Assembly: GCF_006345805.1 (NCBI RefSeq)
Contig: NC_043008.1
Coordinates: 72,726,001-72,790,000, forward strand
Length of the DNA: 64,000 nucleotides
Source: Octopus sinensis
Lineage: Eukaryota
Direction of reading: 5' to 3'
The notes beneath the pieces were generated by a model. The model worked only from the letters and a program-made list of their open reading frames with translations, searched no databases and was not told the DNA's origin. Shown here in pieces: positions 9,901 through 23,859 of this stretch. Each line of letters begins with the position of its first letter. Positions within the stretch are counted from its first letter, which is position 1. The position numbers and the translations under genes are program-made.

Positions 9901-12900
9901 GTAAAGGTCCTAAAAGTATATCCTTAATGCCATGTCCCTGCACCCAATCAGTGTCTCTGAAGCCATTCCCACAACATGCTTTGTAACACCCATCTCTCTT
10001 TTAGCCTTGTATCTATGCTACAATCTCCTCAGCTGTTGTAATTATATGACACCAGAACTGCACATATTCTATTTGCATTTTTGTGATGCCAATATCCCTC
10101 TCCTCTAAACCAATTTCCTTGCCACTCATCCTACACTGAACATCATCACATATCCTCTTATTTTCCACTGAATGTCCCTTTCCCCTGAACACCCTTGCAT
10201 AGCTGCCCTCAATACTTCATCCTTTTGTCTCTCACTATATCCATGCATTTTTACCTCTGCTCATTGTCTCTGTCTCTGTACATTTTCTGTCCCTCCCGTA
10301 CTCCTTATCTTTCATTTATCTATGACTTTATTACATTGTTAGTCTCCACCCCTAGTTCCCTTCTTGTGTATTGCCACCAACCACCTTCTCCTCTCTTTCC
10401 CTCTCTTATTATCTTTACCTTCCCCCAAATGGAGATTCCCCATTTCTGATACTCCTACCCATGTTCACAATTCACTGCATTTGCCTCTATCCTCATATAT
10501 ACTATTTATCACTCTCCTGTGACACTCTTGCAAACCTACCCACCCAGCAACCCTCGATTTTCTGTCCCTATTCTCTCTTTATCTACTTTTTATTTTTACC
10601 ATGAGGCGAAACCTTGACACTTCATCTCCATCAACTTTTCTCATTTTTCTGCTAAAGAGAGTAGTTCCTGTCCCCCCATCCTAATTTAGCCTGTGAACAC
10701 TTGGCACAAAGACACCTCCCTCAATACAGGATTCCCACTCTATCAATACAGGATTCCCACTCAGTCATCTCAAAAGTACCAGTGCTATGAAAAATGTATC
10801 CATTACACTTTCTAAAGTGTTTGGCATAAGGAAGGGCATCTAGCTGTAGAAACCATGCTAAAGCAGAAACTGAAGTTCAATGCAGTCCTGTTGAATTGTG
10901 TAACTTATGCTAGCATGGAATATAGGCATTAAAAGGGGATGTCAGAAATTACTTACTGTACATTTGTACACACATTTGCACACAAACATATTGCATCATG
11001 CATTTTTCACTTCAAATGGCTCCAAAATCAAGAAAAACTGGAAAAAAAAAACACCAACATCTTCAAGTCCTTTCAGGATAAATTTGTTCTGAAAAATATC
11101 TTTCAAAGTTTTCACAACTAACTAGATATGTTTCCCTAATAACAGCTCATTGATTTAGGTTCATATAGACCCCCCACCCACCCAGTACATGGGTAGTGTG
11201 GTAACAATGATTTGGTCATAGAAATCTATCCAAAATACCTCACTGTTGCATAGAAAAATATATGCAATCTTCTCTTCATATTCTGTAAAGTACTCTCTGA
11301 TTGCCATATTCTTGAAATATACACACATACATACATTCTACCTCAAAACATCATTTCCTCAGCAGATCACCCATGCTGCTAAGCTAAAATAATTCTTTCA
11401 GATGTCCTTAAAAATTTACCATTTATTATTTCATTCAAGACATACTACACTTTTTAAGCTCTATTTATTGAATAAAAGATTCCATAGTTGGATAACAAAG
11501 AACACTTAAAATCCTTAGAGCATATTTTGCTATGATTAATGCTGCCAATAGAAATAAAAAAAAAAGCAACAACAAAATAACAATACAATGTCTGCAATCT
11601 TCCAATTCTTTAACAGTTCTATGAACACATTTTGCATTATTTTATCAAAGTGGTTTTAACATGCTTCTCTTGATCTTCAATTTAAACAAATTCTACATCA
11701 AAAGAAAACATTCATAAACTCATCAGTTTGGCTACACAGCACCATTTCTCTACATATTTGAAAGTCTTCATTAAATAATAGTGATATAAACGTTTTTAAA
11801 AGATCTTCCAGTGTATATTGGTATAACAGCAGAGATATAGCAGAGGGGAAGAGGCTTAACTGATGTTTTAATTACCCACAGAATATTTGTGATTCATTAA
11901 CACACCACATAACCAGCAAAACAGGCAGTAGTTCATTTCCTGTTAGCAAGATAATTCTCAATGAGCCCTGATAGGTTCCCCTGTGGAGATGCTCCAACTG
12001 CAAAAAATAGCAGCCAAATTTTAGTTAACTTACACAGTACCAGCTTCAAAAAAAATATCAAAAGGCAGCATTGGATAATGTTCTATTAGTTAAGGACAGA
12101 AGCAAAAATGAGGCTTTTAGTCATATTTTTGCTCACTCGTAGCTGACATAGGTTTAAACAACTACTTTCAATGTGGCCAAGTCTCTCTAACTGTAAAATA
12201 GGTGTTGCTCAATGATATGTAATTCACTGTTATTAACAATGCACATTATTCCAACTTCCAGACATAGTTGGATGAAAGGAAATACTGTAAAACACTCATT
12301 ATAATCTTCCATTATTCAATATAATTCTCCATCAATCAGTGAGCAGTTACCCATCATTTAATGTTTGTAGTCCTCCATCATTCGATGAGTTTTTCTGTAT
12401 TGTTTAATATGTAATTCATCATCATTCAATGCAACTCTCCACTATTCACTCAATGAGTCCCAATCATTCAGTGTTCATCCATCATTATTCAGTGTAATTT
12501 CTCACCAGTCAAAGTGAAGCTCCCTAAATACTACAGCAAATAGAGGTAATCAATATCTGCTAGTGATTTGTTACTAAGGCATGCACTATTCTCTATGTGA
12601 TGTTTCTATTCCAATTGAAATAATTCCTCTTTTACATATTTCAATTGGACTCCAGCTACAGTCAAAGTAATGTCACTACACAGTGCCTCTTATTCTCAGA
12701 ACATGGTTTAAATATAACTAAATATTGTATAAATATATACATTGTCCTTGTACCTCAAATGTTTAATTCACACCTACATTGTTTTAAGTTTAACCCTTCT
12801 GTGTGAGTTCTTGGGCCTGAGTCTACAACTGTTGACCAAAGTCTTGGTAATGGAAGTTTATCAAAGGGCACATTCCTGTTCCTTTTTCTTTTCCTTTCTT

Positions 12901-14357
12901 TTCTCATATTTTGATGATGGTGGAGCAGAGTTAGACTTAATCTGTTTTCTCAGTTTAACATCATCACCTGGTCCTTGTGTACTTTTAGCAGAGTTGCAAG
13001 TATTCAGGAAATGTCTCTACTCTGAGTATCCCTTCCTTCCTCTTACCAGCTATGGATAATTTTTATAGAGTCATGAAGATTTTCTTCACCCACCTTTCAT
13101 TAAGCAATAAAAAAAGTGTATTGTCTTATTTCATGAGCAACATTGCTAGTGAATCTAAATGGATATGAGAGGCAGAAACTACAGCAATCATTTAGTAAAA
13201 TTTAATGGAGAACAACATTGTTATAAAGAATAATTAAAAACAACTTTTTTAATATGGACATCTTGTAGCTGAAATGATCATCAGTAGCTTCAGTATGGAC
13301 ATCTGTTAGATGTGATGACTTTCAGAAGATTCAGCATTGATTTAATGCTTAGCAGATGTAAGATCAATCACTTGTATCTGTTCTAAACTACTGGGAATCA
13401 TCATCTCTCTGTTTATGAGATATATTTTTTAGTGTACTTTATTAACTGTTGTTTTGAGACAAGTACTAGTTTTATTGTATTTTAGTTTTTACATGTTTAT
13501 TGTTTATATAATATTCAATACCCATGAACCAATATATATAATCTAATGGTATGTAATTATTAATTAGTATGAGAAGAACATGATATGGAGTACATTCTTA
13601 TATGAAAATACTTTTCAACAATTTGTAATTTTAATAGAAAAACAAATTTCTTAAACCATTGTCTTGGAATAACTTTTAAAAGAATCCTTTCTATAAAAAC
13701 ATTAGGCAAGCCACACTTGAGAAAATCTCTCAAATACTGAGTACTTTAAAATTCTCTGGAAATTATAAGACAGATTTATAAATTGTTCTATTTTGATTTT
13801 CATTCTGAAAGAAATAAACATTCATTTCATTAATGAATTTTCTTTGAAAGTAGGAGAGGAAAATGTCATCTAAAAATCTACTTAGATTCTTTACAAATAC
13901 TAATAAAGATAATGATGATAACAATGATGACTACTATTATTTTCTCTTTTTTGACAGTTTTTTTTTTGACGATTTCAGGTGATTTTTTTCACTGCACCAT
14001 ATATTTCACCTTGTTCCCAGTGTGTATATGCAGCATTGTGTATTTTATCTTTTGTTGGGGTTGGAGAAGCATAGACACTTCCTTATAGACTGCACATTTT
14101 ACACACACACACATAATGTTCTGCCTCAGATTGTTTGATTGTTATGGATTTTCACTTGTTATTCATTTTTGTGTGTGTGTTATATTAGTATTTGTTCCAT
14201 TGCATGTAATGTGAGTTGTTTTATTTTATTGGCTATAAATCTTGGAGAGTATATGCTGCAGGAGTTGCTTCACATGATTGGGTGTTTATTACATAGGGAG
14301 TGTGTTGTGTATAAAGTCTATGTTGTGAAGATAGGGCTGAGCTAATGAATCAAAAAT

Positions 14358-15055
14358 GTCTTGCGCAGCATATGAACTGAAACTAGCAGAATTGTTCTTT
14401 GACTGTGTGTAGTGTTGTGAGCCATCGTATGTCTTCTATGTTTTATATGATGCTTAATGCTTCAATTATTAGTGGCACCATTTTTACCTTCATCCCCTAC
14501 TTCTTGAATATTTTGATATCAAGATCCTTGGATTTTGATAGTTTTCTTTCAACTTCTTTTTAGGCAGGGTTTCTATTTTCCTCTCTTTGATAATGTTTAG
14601 TTTGCCTTCATTTCTCTCTCAATTTCCACATGTGCATTCCAGATGACTGTCTTCAACTTCATGTCATATATCATGTTTGGTACATTTTTGTACTTTTTGT
14701 CTCCTTTCATTTTGAAATGTTGGCATATTATCCAGTGGATACAGCTACTCACTCAATTATATCTGTGTAGATGTTCAGATTTGACATGCAATGGGCAACC
14801 AGAAATGATGCAGTCAACAATATTATGGTGCTGATGGCACAATCTGTATTTGGTGTTAGGATCTGTTTTCATTATCTTGCTCTTAAAATTGTTTGTTGCC
14901 AGACACTGATCTTGCACAGGGAGAATCAACCCTTCCATTTCTGATTTTAGCCAGAAATTTTGAACCATTTTTAATATTAACCCTCTCTGCTGAACTTTGT
15001 TGTGTATTGGCTGTAGAGTGGTTGTCTCTCCATTTCCTTTTTTGTATGTTTTCAT
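14358..15055 (-). mobile_element. R4/Dong-type (REL endonuclease) non-LTR retrotransposon, C-terminal remnant
   Basis: WLKSEMEGLILPVQDQCLATNNFKSKIMKTDPNTKYRLCHQHHNIVDCIISGCP..HRYN (CCHC knuckle region), then SKDLDIKI, KMVPLIIEALSII and HMLRKTF; contains stops and frameshifts. Confidence 0.8.
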
Positions 15056-16565
15056 TATGTTTTTGTCTCTGTGACTATTTCTGTTGTGTTGTTATCTAAA
15101 TTTACTGATTCAGCCAAATTTGTTTTCTACTTTATTTTTTCCTTTCTCCACATCTCTATCTTCTCAACAGCTCATCTTGTACCTCCCCCTCTGATATACT
15201 CCATAATCCCTGCACTTGTTTTTTCCTCCAGTGCCTCTCTTCTGTATTATCATCCCCTTCATCTATTTCTTCTTTTCTCATCCTCTCTCCCTCACAGTTT
15301 CATACCTTTGTAATATGGGATAGCCCAGCCCTACCCATCTCAATTTGCCTTTCCTTTCTATCCCTTCCTTTCTCACTAATTTCTGACACTAATCACTTCC
15401 TTTTCCTCTTTTCTCTGCCATAATGCCTCTCCTAATAGTGCCTACTCTATTACTCTCTCCAATACGACCTCTCTTATTGTTACAAATTTGTTCCTCACAT
15501 CTTCCTTTGCTCTCCTTTGTTATCCCGTCTAGAATCATGGAACCATCCTTCTATTTTCCTTTGGTTAAAGAGATCCCTTTGGGCTCTTATTGTTGCAAGC
15601 TTCAATGTGATCTCATTAGTGTTAGTGTCATGCACAAAGTATGAAGGATGACATTAAAGAGAGCGTCCAGTTATAGGAAGGAATCATTGGAGCACAGAGC
15701 AAGCCTGTAGCATATCAAATCCTGTCAATGCTTCGAAGCTGTTCATTAAATGATATTGGTGATGTGTGTAGAGAAAATAGTTTTTAGGTAATCTCAAATT
15801 AATTCTGAGGCAGAATTAGTGCATGTCACACAGTGTGACAAGAAGGGTGGACCCTTCAATTCCAGATGTAATCCATCCAACAGGCTTTTGTACAGTTCCT
15901 GCCAACCCACTTTCACTCTAAAGATATGGACTGAGCTGAGGCTATAAAAGTTACATTTGTTCAAGATGCAACGTATCAGAATTGAAATCAAGGCCAAATG
16001 ATTGCTAAGTGAACCTAACAATTTGACTACACTGCACTAACAAACATGCTCATACACATTTTCCCCATTTTACCTAGCTACAACAGAAAATACAAACACA
16101 GATCTGCTTATTTAACAACCATTCATTGTTGATCACTTTTACTTAAGCATTGATGTATGCATTGGTAGTGTGTGTGTGTGTGTGTGTGTGTGTTGTAAGT
16201 GGATACCGCATGATTACTCACAAGAATTCCTGTAAACTCTTCTGTACCATTTTATCATACATTACTTATTCAGGACTTAGTTTCTTTCCATGTCAAAATA
16301 AGATATCTGTCTGATTTATGTATATGGACCACTGTCTGGTGTGTGTGTGTGTGTGCGTGTGTGTGTGTGCATGGGGGTGTGCGTGTGCATGCACATGTAT
16401 ATATTAGATGTTAGCAGTGATTAACAGGAAGGTCAGCTACAGTACAATAGGAGAATGGTTATATACACAGCAGCAGCAGTTACCAATATATTTGGCAAGA
16501 GCTACATAAAAAAAAATCTCAAGCAAAAAATAACAAATAAAAACTCTAAAGCAGGAACAATAATA

Positions 16566-16621
<56 letters not shown>

Positions 16622-17289
16622 CTGATAAAAGATGACAGCTGACACTTAAATACCATAAAATACCTTATCATAACTTGGAGACATAATTAAAAATTGCTTT
16701 TTATAGAATTTCATCTATCTTTGACATTGACAAGTTATGGTAATCATCATCATCATCTTCATCGTTTCTTAACCTGCCATTCCTCAGTGCCATGAAGTGC
16801 TACTGTCGGAGCAGTAACAAGACAATAGATGGAAAGATCTTGTAGACAGCTCTCCATCAAAATTCCACATAATATAAGGAAGTAAGACTATATTAAATGA
16901 GAAACATATAATTAAATATTTGAGAATTTCTTTCTCCTTTAAAATGACACCTCCCGCAAATTTACCCTCAATCTCCACAATATTTGACTAGCTAACATTC
17001 TTAATCTGTTTGTATTTCTTTAGAATGATTATATATTGGGTATCTATTTCTGGATCTCTAAGTGCTTGATCTTGGTGGGTCAGCAAAGACCCAGAGTACA
17101 ATCCCTCCCATCAAACCAAAAACAAAACATATAAAATAAATGTTTCCCTGGATGAGATACACACAATGCTCAAGATATGTGTGGTCTATAACCAGTAACA
17201 TACTAAGGTTACTCTGTTACCATCTCACTCATAGATATGTAAACTGAAGCCATATTATATCCCAAACTAAGGCAGATTACAACTCCTAT

Positions 17290-17435
17290 ACTTCATCACA
17301 CATATCATCTAATAGTTTATCGACTTTACCATTTCTCAAGAAATTGGGATAGACATGAGGGTAGAACATATTCAGAAAACTGCTTTACTGGGGACACTGA
17401 GGATTTTGAGGATGGTACTTGGATGTTAAGTTTCA
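17290..17435 (+). mobile_element. R4/Dong-type LINE, extreme 3' end
   Basis: ISQEIGIDMRVEHIQKTALLGTLRILRMVLGC* matches the terminal QKTALLGTARILR motif. Confidence 0.7.
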
Positions 17436-17689
17436 TGGAAAGAGACCCTGTGAATCCTTTGACAACAGATTGGACAAAATAGGTTGTTTTGAAATCAATT
17501 TTGATAGATGAAAAGCATCACAGTCTCCAGATGTACACAAGGTATTACTTCTGCAACTAAACACTGGCACTGAAAGAAAAATGTGGAATTTATAAATGCA
17601 AAACCCCTTAATCAGAGACCAGAGAATCAATGAGCCACATCCATATTTCTCTTTCATTAATACGAAATTTCTACTTGTAATGATATTTT

Positions 17690-17900
17690 GACAAACATAT
17701 TTATTGTGAATGTTTGTGGCCTGAAGTCAGCTTGGAAGCAAGGCCACTTGCTAAATGACCCCAGGTCACTCAGTTTATATGTGGCTGCAATTTGTGAGAA
17801 AAGGATTTCTAATGTGCAAGCATCAGTACCCAGTATTTGATTGACACCTTCTTCATCCAAGAAGATAAAATTTATCCTAATTTCTAATTTAGGCACAGTT
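17690..17900 (+). mobile_element. L1/Tx1-type AP endonuclease N-terminal fragment
   Basis: NIFIVNVCGLKSAWKQGHLLNDPRSLSLYVAAICEK resembles the N(V/I)RGL...D(V/I)..(L/I)QET start of LINE APE domains. Confidence 0.55.
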
Positions 17901-19494
17901 ACACCTTTAGAGAAACAGCATACTTGATTATAACCAGCCTGATAGCTAGCTGCTACTTAGAACATAAGAGAACATAATTAAATCCTACAAGTCTGTTGCT
18001 CTTTTAACCATGCATCCTGCACTATTTTTTATACTATATACAGGTACCATAGAACCTCTGTTTAATCAGGTTTTATCACTTAGTGTTGTCCGGTTAAACT
18101 TACTGACCACTATCTCTCATTATCAGACATTCCTAACTCTTCTATATCTGTTAATTGGTATTTAGATATAATGTTTTAATTATCTAAAGATTTTTTCTTT
18201 TCTAAATATTTTCTATTTAAATGTAATTTTCCTGAATTCTGCTTATTCATCAATGTTGACTTTTAACTGGAATTTATTGACATTCTTTTTTTTTAGTAAA
18301 TCATCATCATCAGCTAATTCTTTGTCATCATCTTACCATTTTCATATCTTTTACATTAAAAATGCAACACTTCTTGATTTCAGTTGAAATTAATTTTAAT
18401 GATCAATTTTGAAAATATGGGAGAAAAATATACAAAAAGCAAATAAAATAACAGTACAAAAATTGCAAATAAATTGATTCTGATATTGAAATTTTAATTT
18501 GATATTTTACTTTTAAATTTGTTAAAATTGAATCATTATCTTTGTTTTATTTTTTTATAATATTTTTAATAGTTATTCTGTATTTTTGTGTTATTATCAT
18601 ATGAAATTGTGTATTGTTGATTTTTTTATGAGTATTTGAAAGCAATTTGGATTAGAATATAAAAATAAAAATAGGAAGAGCTTCTTAAAGTTGCGTAAGT
18701 GAATGATATATAACAATTGAGAATAAAACATCATTGGTAGCCACTATCTCAACATACTTCAAGTGACATTTGAGGAGTTAAGTAGAAATAAAGAGACATG
18801 CTCAAGGTTAGAATTTGTAAAAACACCTAAAGTTTGCCATAAACTGTCAGTTTGTTGGGTCACCATTCATTAAAGACATCTCTCTTTGTATGTACAGCAT
18901 GCTGAAAAATATTCTTGTCATAGAATCCAGTCAACTCCATACACAAAACATAAAATGATTTAAGCAAATTACTGTCAGTTAACAAACCATATTTCTCCAA
19001 CAACAGATCAGACTTATTTGAGTATGAGAATACTCCAGCAAAACCTTTTATACAAATATTCGATATAAAACTCACTCTTGTCCAAAACTCAAATGAACCA
19101 CTTCTCCTACAATACTAACCTGTAGTAGGATATTATTTCCTATACTATCAGTGTGTGCATGCATATGTGTATTTCTTCTGTTTCACAAGAATTTTCCTTT
19201 TGTATTCCAAAACTGAAAAAAGGAAAAAAAGAACGTTGGTAATGGTAGATCTGATGGAAAAAATTATTTTGAAGAATGCAAGCCTGAAGTAAAGTAAAGC
19301 AATGAATTTATTTTTTAAAAAGTTTACTTTCTTTTTGGACACATCTTGACCTGTGTGGCATATACACAATACAACTTGTAGATTATATTGTATATAGACG
19401 TTTCTGTATATAGATTATAAAATATATATTTACTATAATGGATTTAGACTTCACAATTCATATATATATATATATGTATACATACACACACATT

Positions 19495-20220
19495 TATGAG
19501 AGGAAAACCACTATGTGGATGCCCTTATGCTAGAGGTAGATCCGCTATGGTCTTACCACTAAGAAATGTTCTTAAGAAATAAATTCAGCAAATAACCAAA
19601 ACATAATCGAGCAAGAAAAGCAATAGAAATATGGATCATTCACATACAGGTTTCACTATCACCATATTACATAAGTTAACTTATGCAAGATGTCCGTAGA
19701 TCTTCAGTGTGACCGTCCAAGTGAATATAATTTGAAGAACTGTATACTTAGACATTCACACAAAATCGTACCTGTAAACAGTTCTACACATAACACTTGG
19801 GGTTACTATTTAAATGTCCTCATTTTGGCGTACTAAATTACTGGAAAAAAGATACTGAAGAAAATAATTTACTGCAGTGGCCTTTGCCTGTTAGAGAACG
19901 TATTAATTTAAATTTAAAAGGAGGGTGAGAAATTTCACTTATGTGAAATTGATATTAATTAAATTAATATCAATTTCACATAAATGAAACATGTATGTGA
20001 ATAATCCATATTTTTATTGCTTTTCTTTTGTCGTGCTTCATTACATTTTGGTTGTTTGCTGAATTTATTTCTTGAGAACATTTCTTAATGGTAAGACCAT
20101 AGTGGATCTACTTCTAGCATAAGGGCATCCACATAGTGGTTTCCCTCTCATATGTTTATAATACAATTTTACTGAACCTTCAGTTTTTTTATATGCCAAA
20201 TTTCTCACCCACATTTTAAA
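19495..20220. mobile_element. Fold-back element: about 160-bp inverted arms, a 28-bp-arm hairpin and a permuted 23-bp segment
   Basis: 19495-19655 is inverted at 19985-20152. Palindrome arms 19933-19960 and 19962-19989 match at 27/28. Segment 19913-19935 is inverted at 20198-20220 (21/23). Confidence 0.8.
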
Positions 20221-20222
20221 TA

Positions 20223-20253
<31 letters not shown>

Positions 20254-20739
20254 TACATACATACATGCACATGTTACACAACCTATATACTATGCTGTAT
20301 ATCTAATATTCTATGTATGGCCTTTAATGTTTATACCACATTATAAACAGTCTTATGTACTGAATATTCTGTATTATAGTCCATCCTATGCAGTATATCC
20401 TACATAGGATATGCTATATTTTGTATAGAATACACAACTTATAGATAATCGAGCATTGTCTATAGACAATGCTATATGTAAATTATATTGTATATAGACT
20501 ACAATCTATATATACAATGCTGCTGTATGTACATTATGCTGTGTGTAAGCTATAATGGTGATGAAGAAACTTTTCTCCCTGACAGACACATAACCATCTG
20601 TAAGCTTTCTAGTAGTTGTTATTCAGCAGAAAACCAAAATATAAGTTATTTTGACACTAAATTAGAATTAAATTAATGCAATTAAAAATTAAATGTTTAC
20701 AAGCAAGATGTGGCCATTGAAGCTATCTTAGAGGGCAGC

Positions 20740-21736
20740 AACTTTAATTAAAAAATTATTTTCAGAATCTGATAGTCTATCCAGAAAATAGCCCAACCTT
20801 AAACAAAGTACATTGCTTTGATACAGGAAGTTCATTTGCCTTAACCAATGTACAATGCAGGCAGTCCCTTCAGCATTTGAACTGGCCATACCTTGAAATC
20901 TTGAAGCTATGTGATAGTACATGATTAATGAAGAATGTTAATAAATTAGCATTACATTTAACAGAGTGATCTAAAAGTTTAATTGTTAAACAATATACAT
21001 TGCTATGATGCAGGAATTTTCTCAACTATACATTGATATGATACTGTACGTCTTATTTACATTGACTGTAATTCTAGAACTTGTGGATTATCTATGTTTT
21101 AAATCCTCGGTTCTTACTAAGCGAATAGCATATACTACAGAATAAATCACACGTTTAAAGTCCAAGAGAAATTTACACAGACTTTCCTCATGGATAATGT
21201 AATGGAACAATAGCCCAATGTGAAGTAGATGCTCGTTCTCTTTATCATAAAGCAATTTTATGAAGCCAGTATGCTCTCCTGTTTACCTAGGTGCATCACT
21301 TGTTGTAATGCTTGCAAAATTGTTCCAATGCAAACCAAATTTTCCCAACAGGTTTTAACTTCATCATACAAATAATCTTGGCCAGTTGCAGATTCTGTTA
21401 ATAGTTCAACTGATAGTGAATCTTCAGTGTTCGCAAAATAATCTTCACTTCCTTGAATGAATTCAGGCAGTTTTACTGTCATGTAAGTTGAGACTCCCAC
21501 CTATTCTCAGTGAATACTTTCACTGGCAATAGATGGGAGTAAAAGACTTCAAGTTCTGACAGATACTGTGAAATAGTATTAATGTGATAAACTACAGTTC
21601 ACCTTGACAAAGATAGGGCTTCAATTTTTGCTTTTAATTCCAGGCAGACAATGTCAACAGCATCAATACAGAGACTGTTAAAAATTCTATTTTCGAAAAT
21701 TGTTAATGTTTGGCTATTATATAAGTAAGCAGCTTC
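20740..21736 (-). mobile_element. hAT (SPIN/Charlie/GTF2IRD2-like) transposase pseudogene
   Basis: Collinear motifs: CIDAVDIVCLELKAKIEALSLSR*TV; FIQGSEDYFANTEDSLSVELLTESATGQD..EVK..WENLVCIGT; LFHYIIHEESLC...VRTEDLKHR (21175-21207; cf. FHCIIHQEALC); VHWLRQ...LGYFL (cf. VRWLS). Multiple stops and frameshifts. Confidence 0.75.
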
Positions 21737-23859
21737 ATGTATAGTTGATTAATTTACAATAAAAATTTGTTATTTCATACCACTCAACAGTTTTTTTTTC
21801 CTTTCCCTACTGTAGTTCACTTTCTGAACAAATACTTTAAAATAATTTTACAATGCTTTATCTGAAGATATCTCTTCAAATTATATTCCTTGAAAAACAA
21901 AAACACAATCTTGGCATACTATGCAATGTAAGTAATACACTTTGCTCCATTAATATTTGTCAATAAGGGCTTCTATATACATTCCTTGTTAAATGTATGA
22001 CATTTATCATGAATTTTATGTATTTTTGTAGTTTTCATTAAGATTGAAATACACGTATTAAAGATATGTTCTATATTAAATTTGAAACCATGTGATTTCA
22101 TGTTCAATCCCACTGCATGGCACTTTGGATGTCTTCTATTTTATCCCCAGACTGACCAATGTCTTGTGAGTCAATCTGGTTGACAGTAACTGTTTAGAAG
22201 CCAAGAGTCTCCTTTATCTTTCCTTCCTCACCCACATCATTTTCTCTAATCACTATTCCTCTGTGCCTTCGGTTAACTCTTTCCTTAGCCATCCTCCATT
22301 TTAATACTTCATATACCTACCACCTTTCTCTGCACCTTCTTATATCAGGCAACACAACCACACATTACAGAGACCCTCATGTATCCTACATCTCCCCACT
22401 TCACCACACCTACCCCTCACACACCATCCCCCTACCCTCTGATCAAACTTTACAGCCCTCCATACTGATTTTTACCCTCAATTGCATCTCCACCCTTAAT
22501 CATCATTCACTACATTTATCTCTGCTTCCATCTTTAACCATGTTACTCTCACCACATTACTGTTATGTAATTATCTTCTCTCTCTTTCCTTTCCATTGTG
22601 CACTGTTCCTATCCTCTTTTAAACTTATCTTCTTGTACTTTGAGAGTTTGTTCAAGCACTCGATCACAACCATCATATATCCCTTCTTAGCTAGGTATCT
22701 TCTTTATAGAAAAACACCTGTGTTTGTTCCTTCATCATACTTTATCTTTCTAGCACTTGGCATAAATCCACCTCTCCTTTCAAATATCCCCCCCACTGTT
22801 CTTTTTTCTATTTGTCAAGTTATTCAGCAACTCCACTGATGTTGGTAGCATGAAAAAAGCACCACCCAGTACATACTGTAATGTGGCTAGTGTTAAGAAT
22901 GGCATCCAATTGTGTAAATCATGCCAAATATGACACTAGAACTTCACAGAGCACAGCTGCAGCACCAGAACCTGTCAAACAATCCAACCAATACTAGCAG
23001 GGTGAATGGATTTTAAATGATGATATATATATATATATATGTTTGTGTTTGTTGCCACCACTGCATGACAACTGGTGTAAAATTTTTACACAGCAGTTCA
23101 GCAAAAGAGGTTAGTAAATTAAGTTCTAAACTTAAAGAAAAAGAAAACAAAAAGAAATCGTGGGTCAGGTAAATCCTTCAAGGCAATGCCCCAGCATGTC
23201 TGCAGTCCAATAACTGAAGCAAATAAAAGATGAAATTAAAGATATATTAATTAAAATACCTTAATATTCTATAATTAAAATGTCATATTAAATGTATATT
23301 ATATTTTAAATACATTTTACATTATATGTTAATAAATCAAATTCACAACATCTACTTGTGGTTTCATAAAGCAGATTATAAAACTATGTCATAAGTTAAC
23401 CAAAATATCTGCAGGACAAACAAATTGGCTTTGTGGACTATATGTGATCCACATGTTATACTTTGCCTACATCTGGTCTATAGCATGCATAAGGCATACT
23501 CTATACATACAGTATAACCTTCTATAATAAATATTAGTATAAAATATTATAGGCATGCTCTATGCTAGTAAATATAGAGTATGCCTATAATTATAGGCCT
23601 ACTCTATTACTAGTAAATATTACAAGTATACTCTATACAAGCAGTATGACCTTCTATATAAATAGTATCATTAAACATTTTGGCATTTATTATTATAGGT
23701 GTGAATAATATTATTTTGAAAAGAAAAGAGTTTAATACTTAATTTCATACACACATGCGATTGAAATCACTAAATTAAATATAATTTACAACAAGAATTT
23801 GCATTTTATTTTGATTAAAATGCCAGCTACTGTAAAGTAAAACCTCACTGTAGTTCATC

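Noticed and set aside
10721-10762. Short tandem duplications (20 bp here, 16 bp near 42901-42932, 19 bp at 62667-62704)
   Set aside because: Two-copy slippage events with no further structure.
14753-15055. 100-aa Cys/His ORF as a host zinc-finger gene
   Set aside because: It is the knuckle region of an R4/Dong-type retrotransposon and continues into a decayed REL domain.
21258-21500. 80-aa ORF as a host exon
   Set aside because: Flanking frames carry further hAT motifs with stops and frameshifts, so it is a transposase relic.
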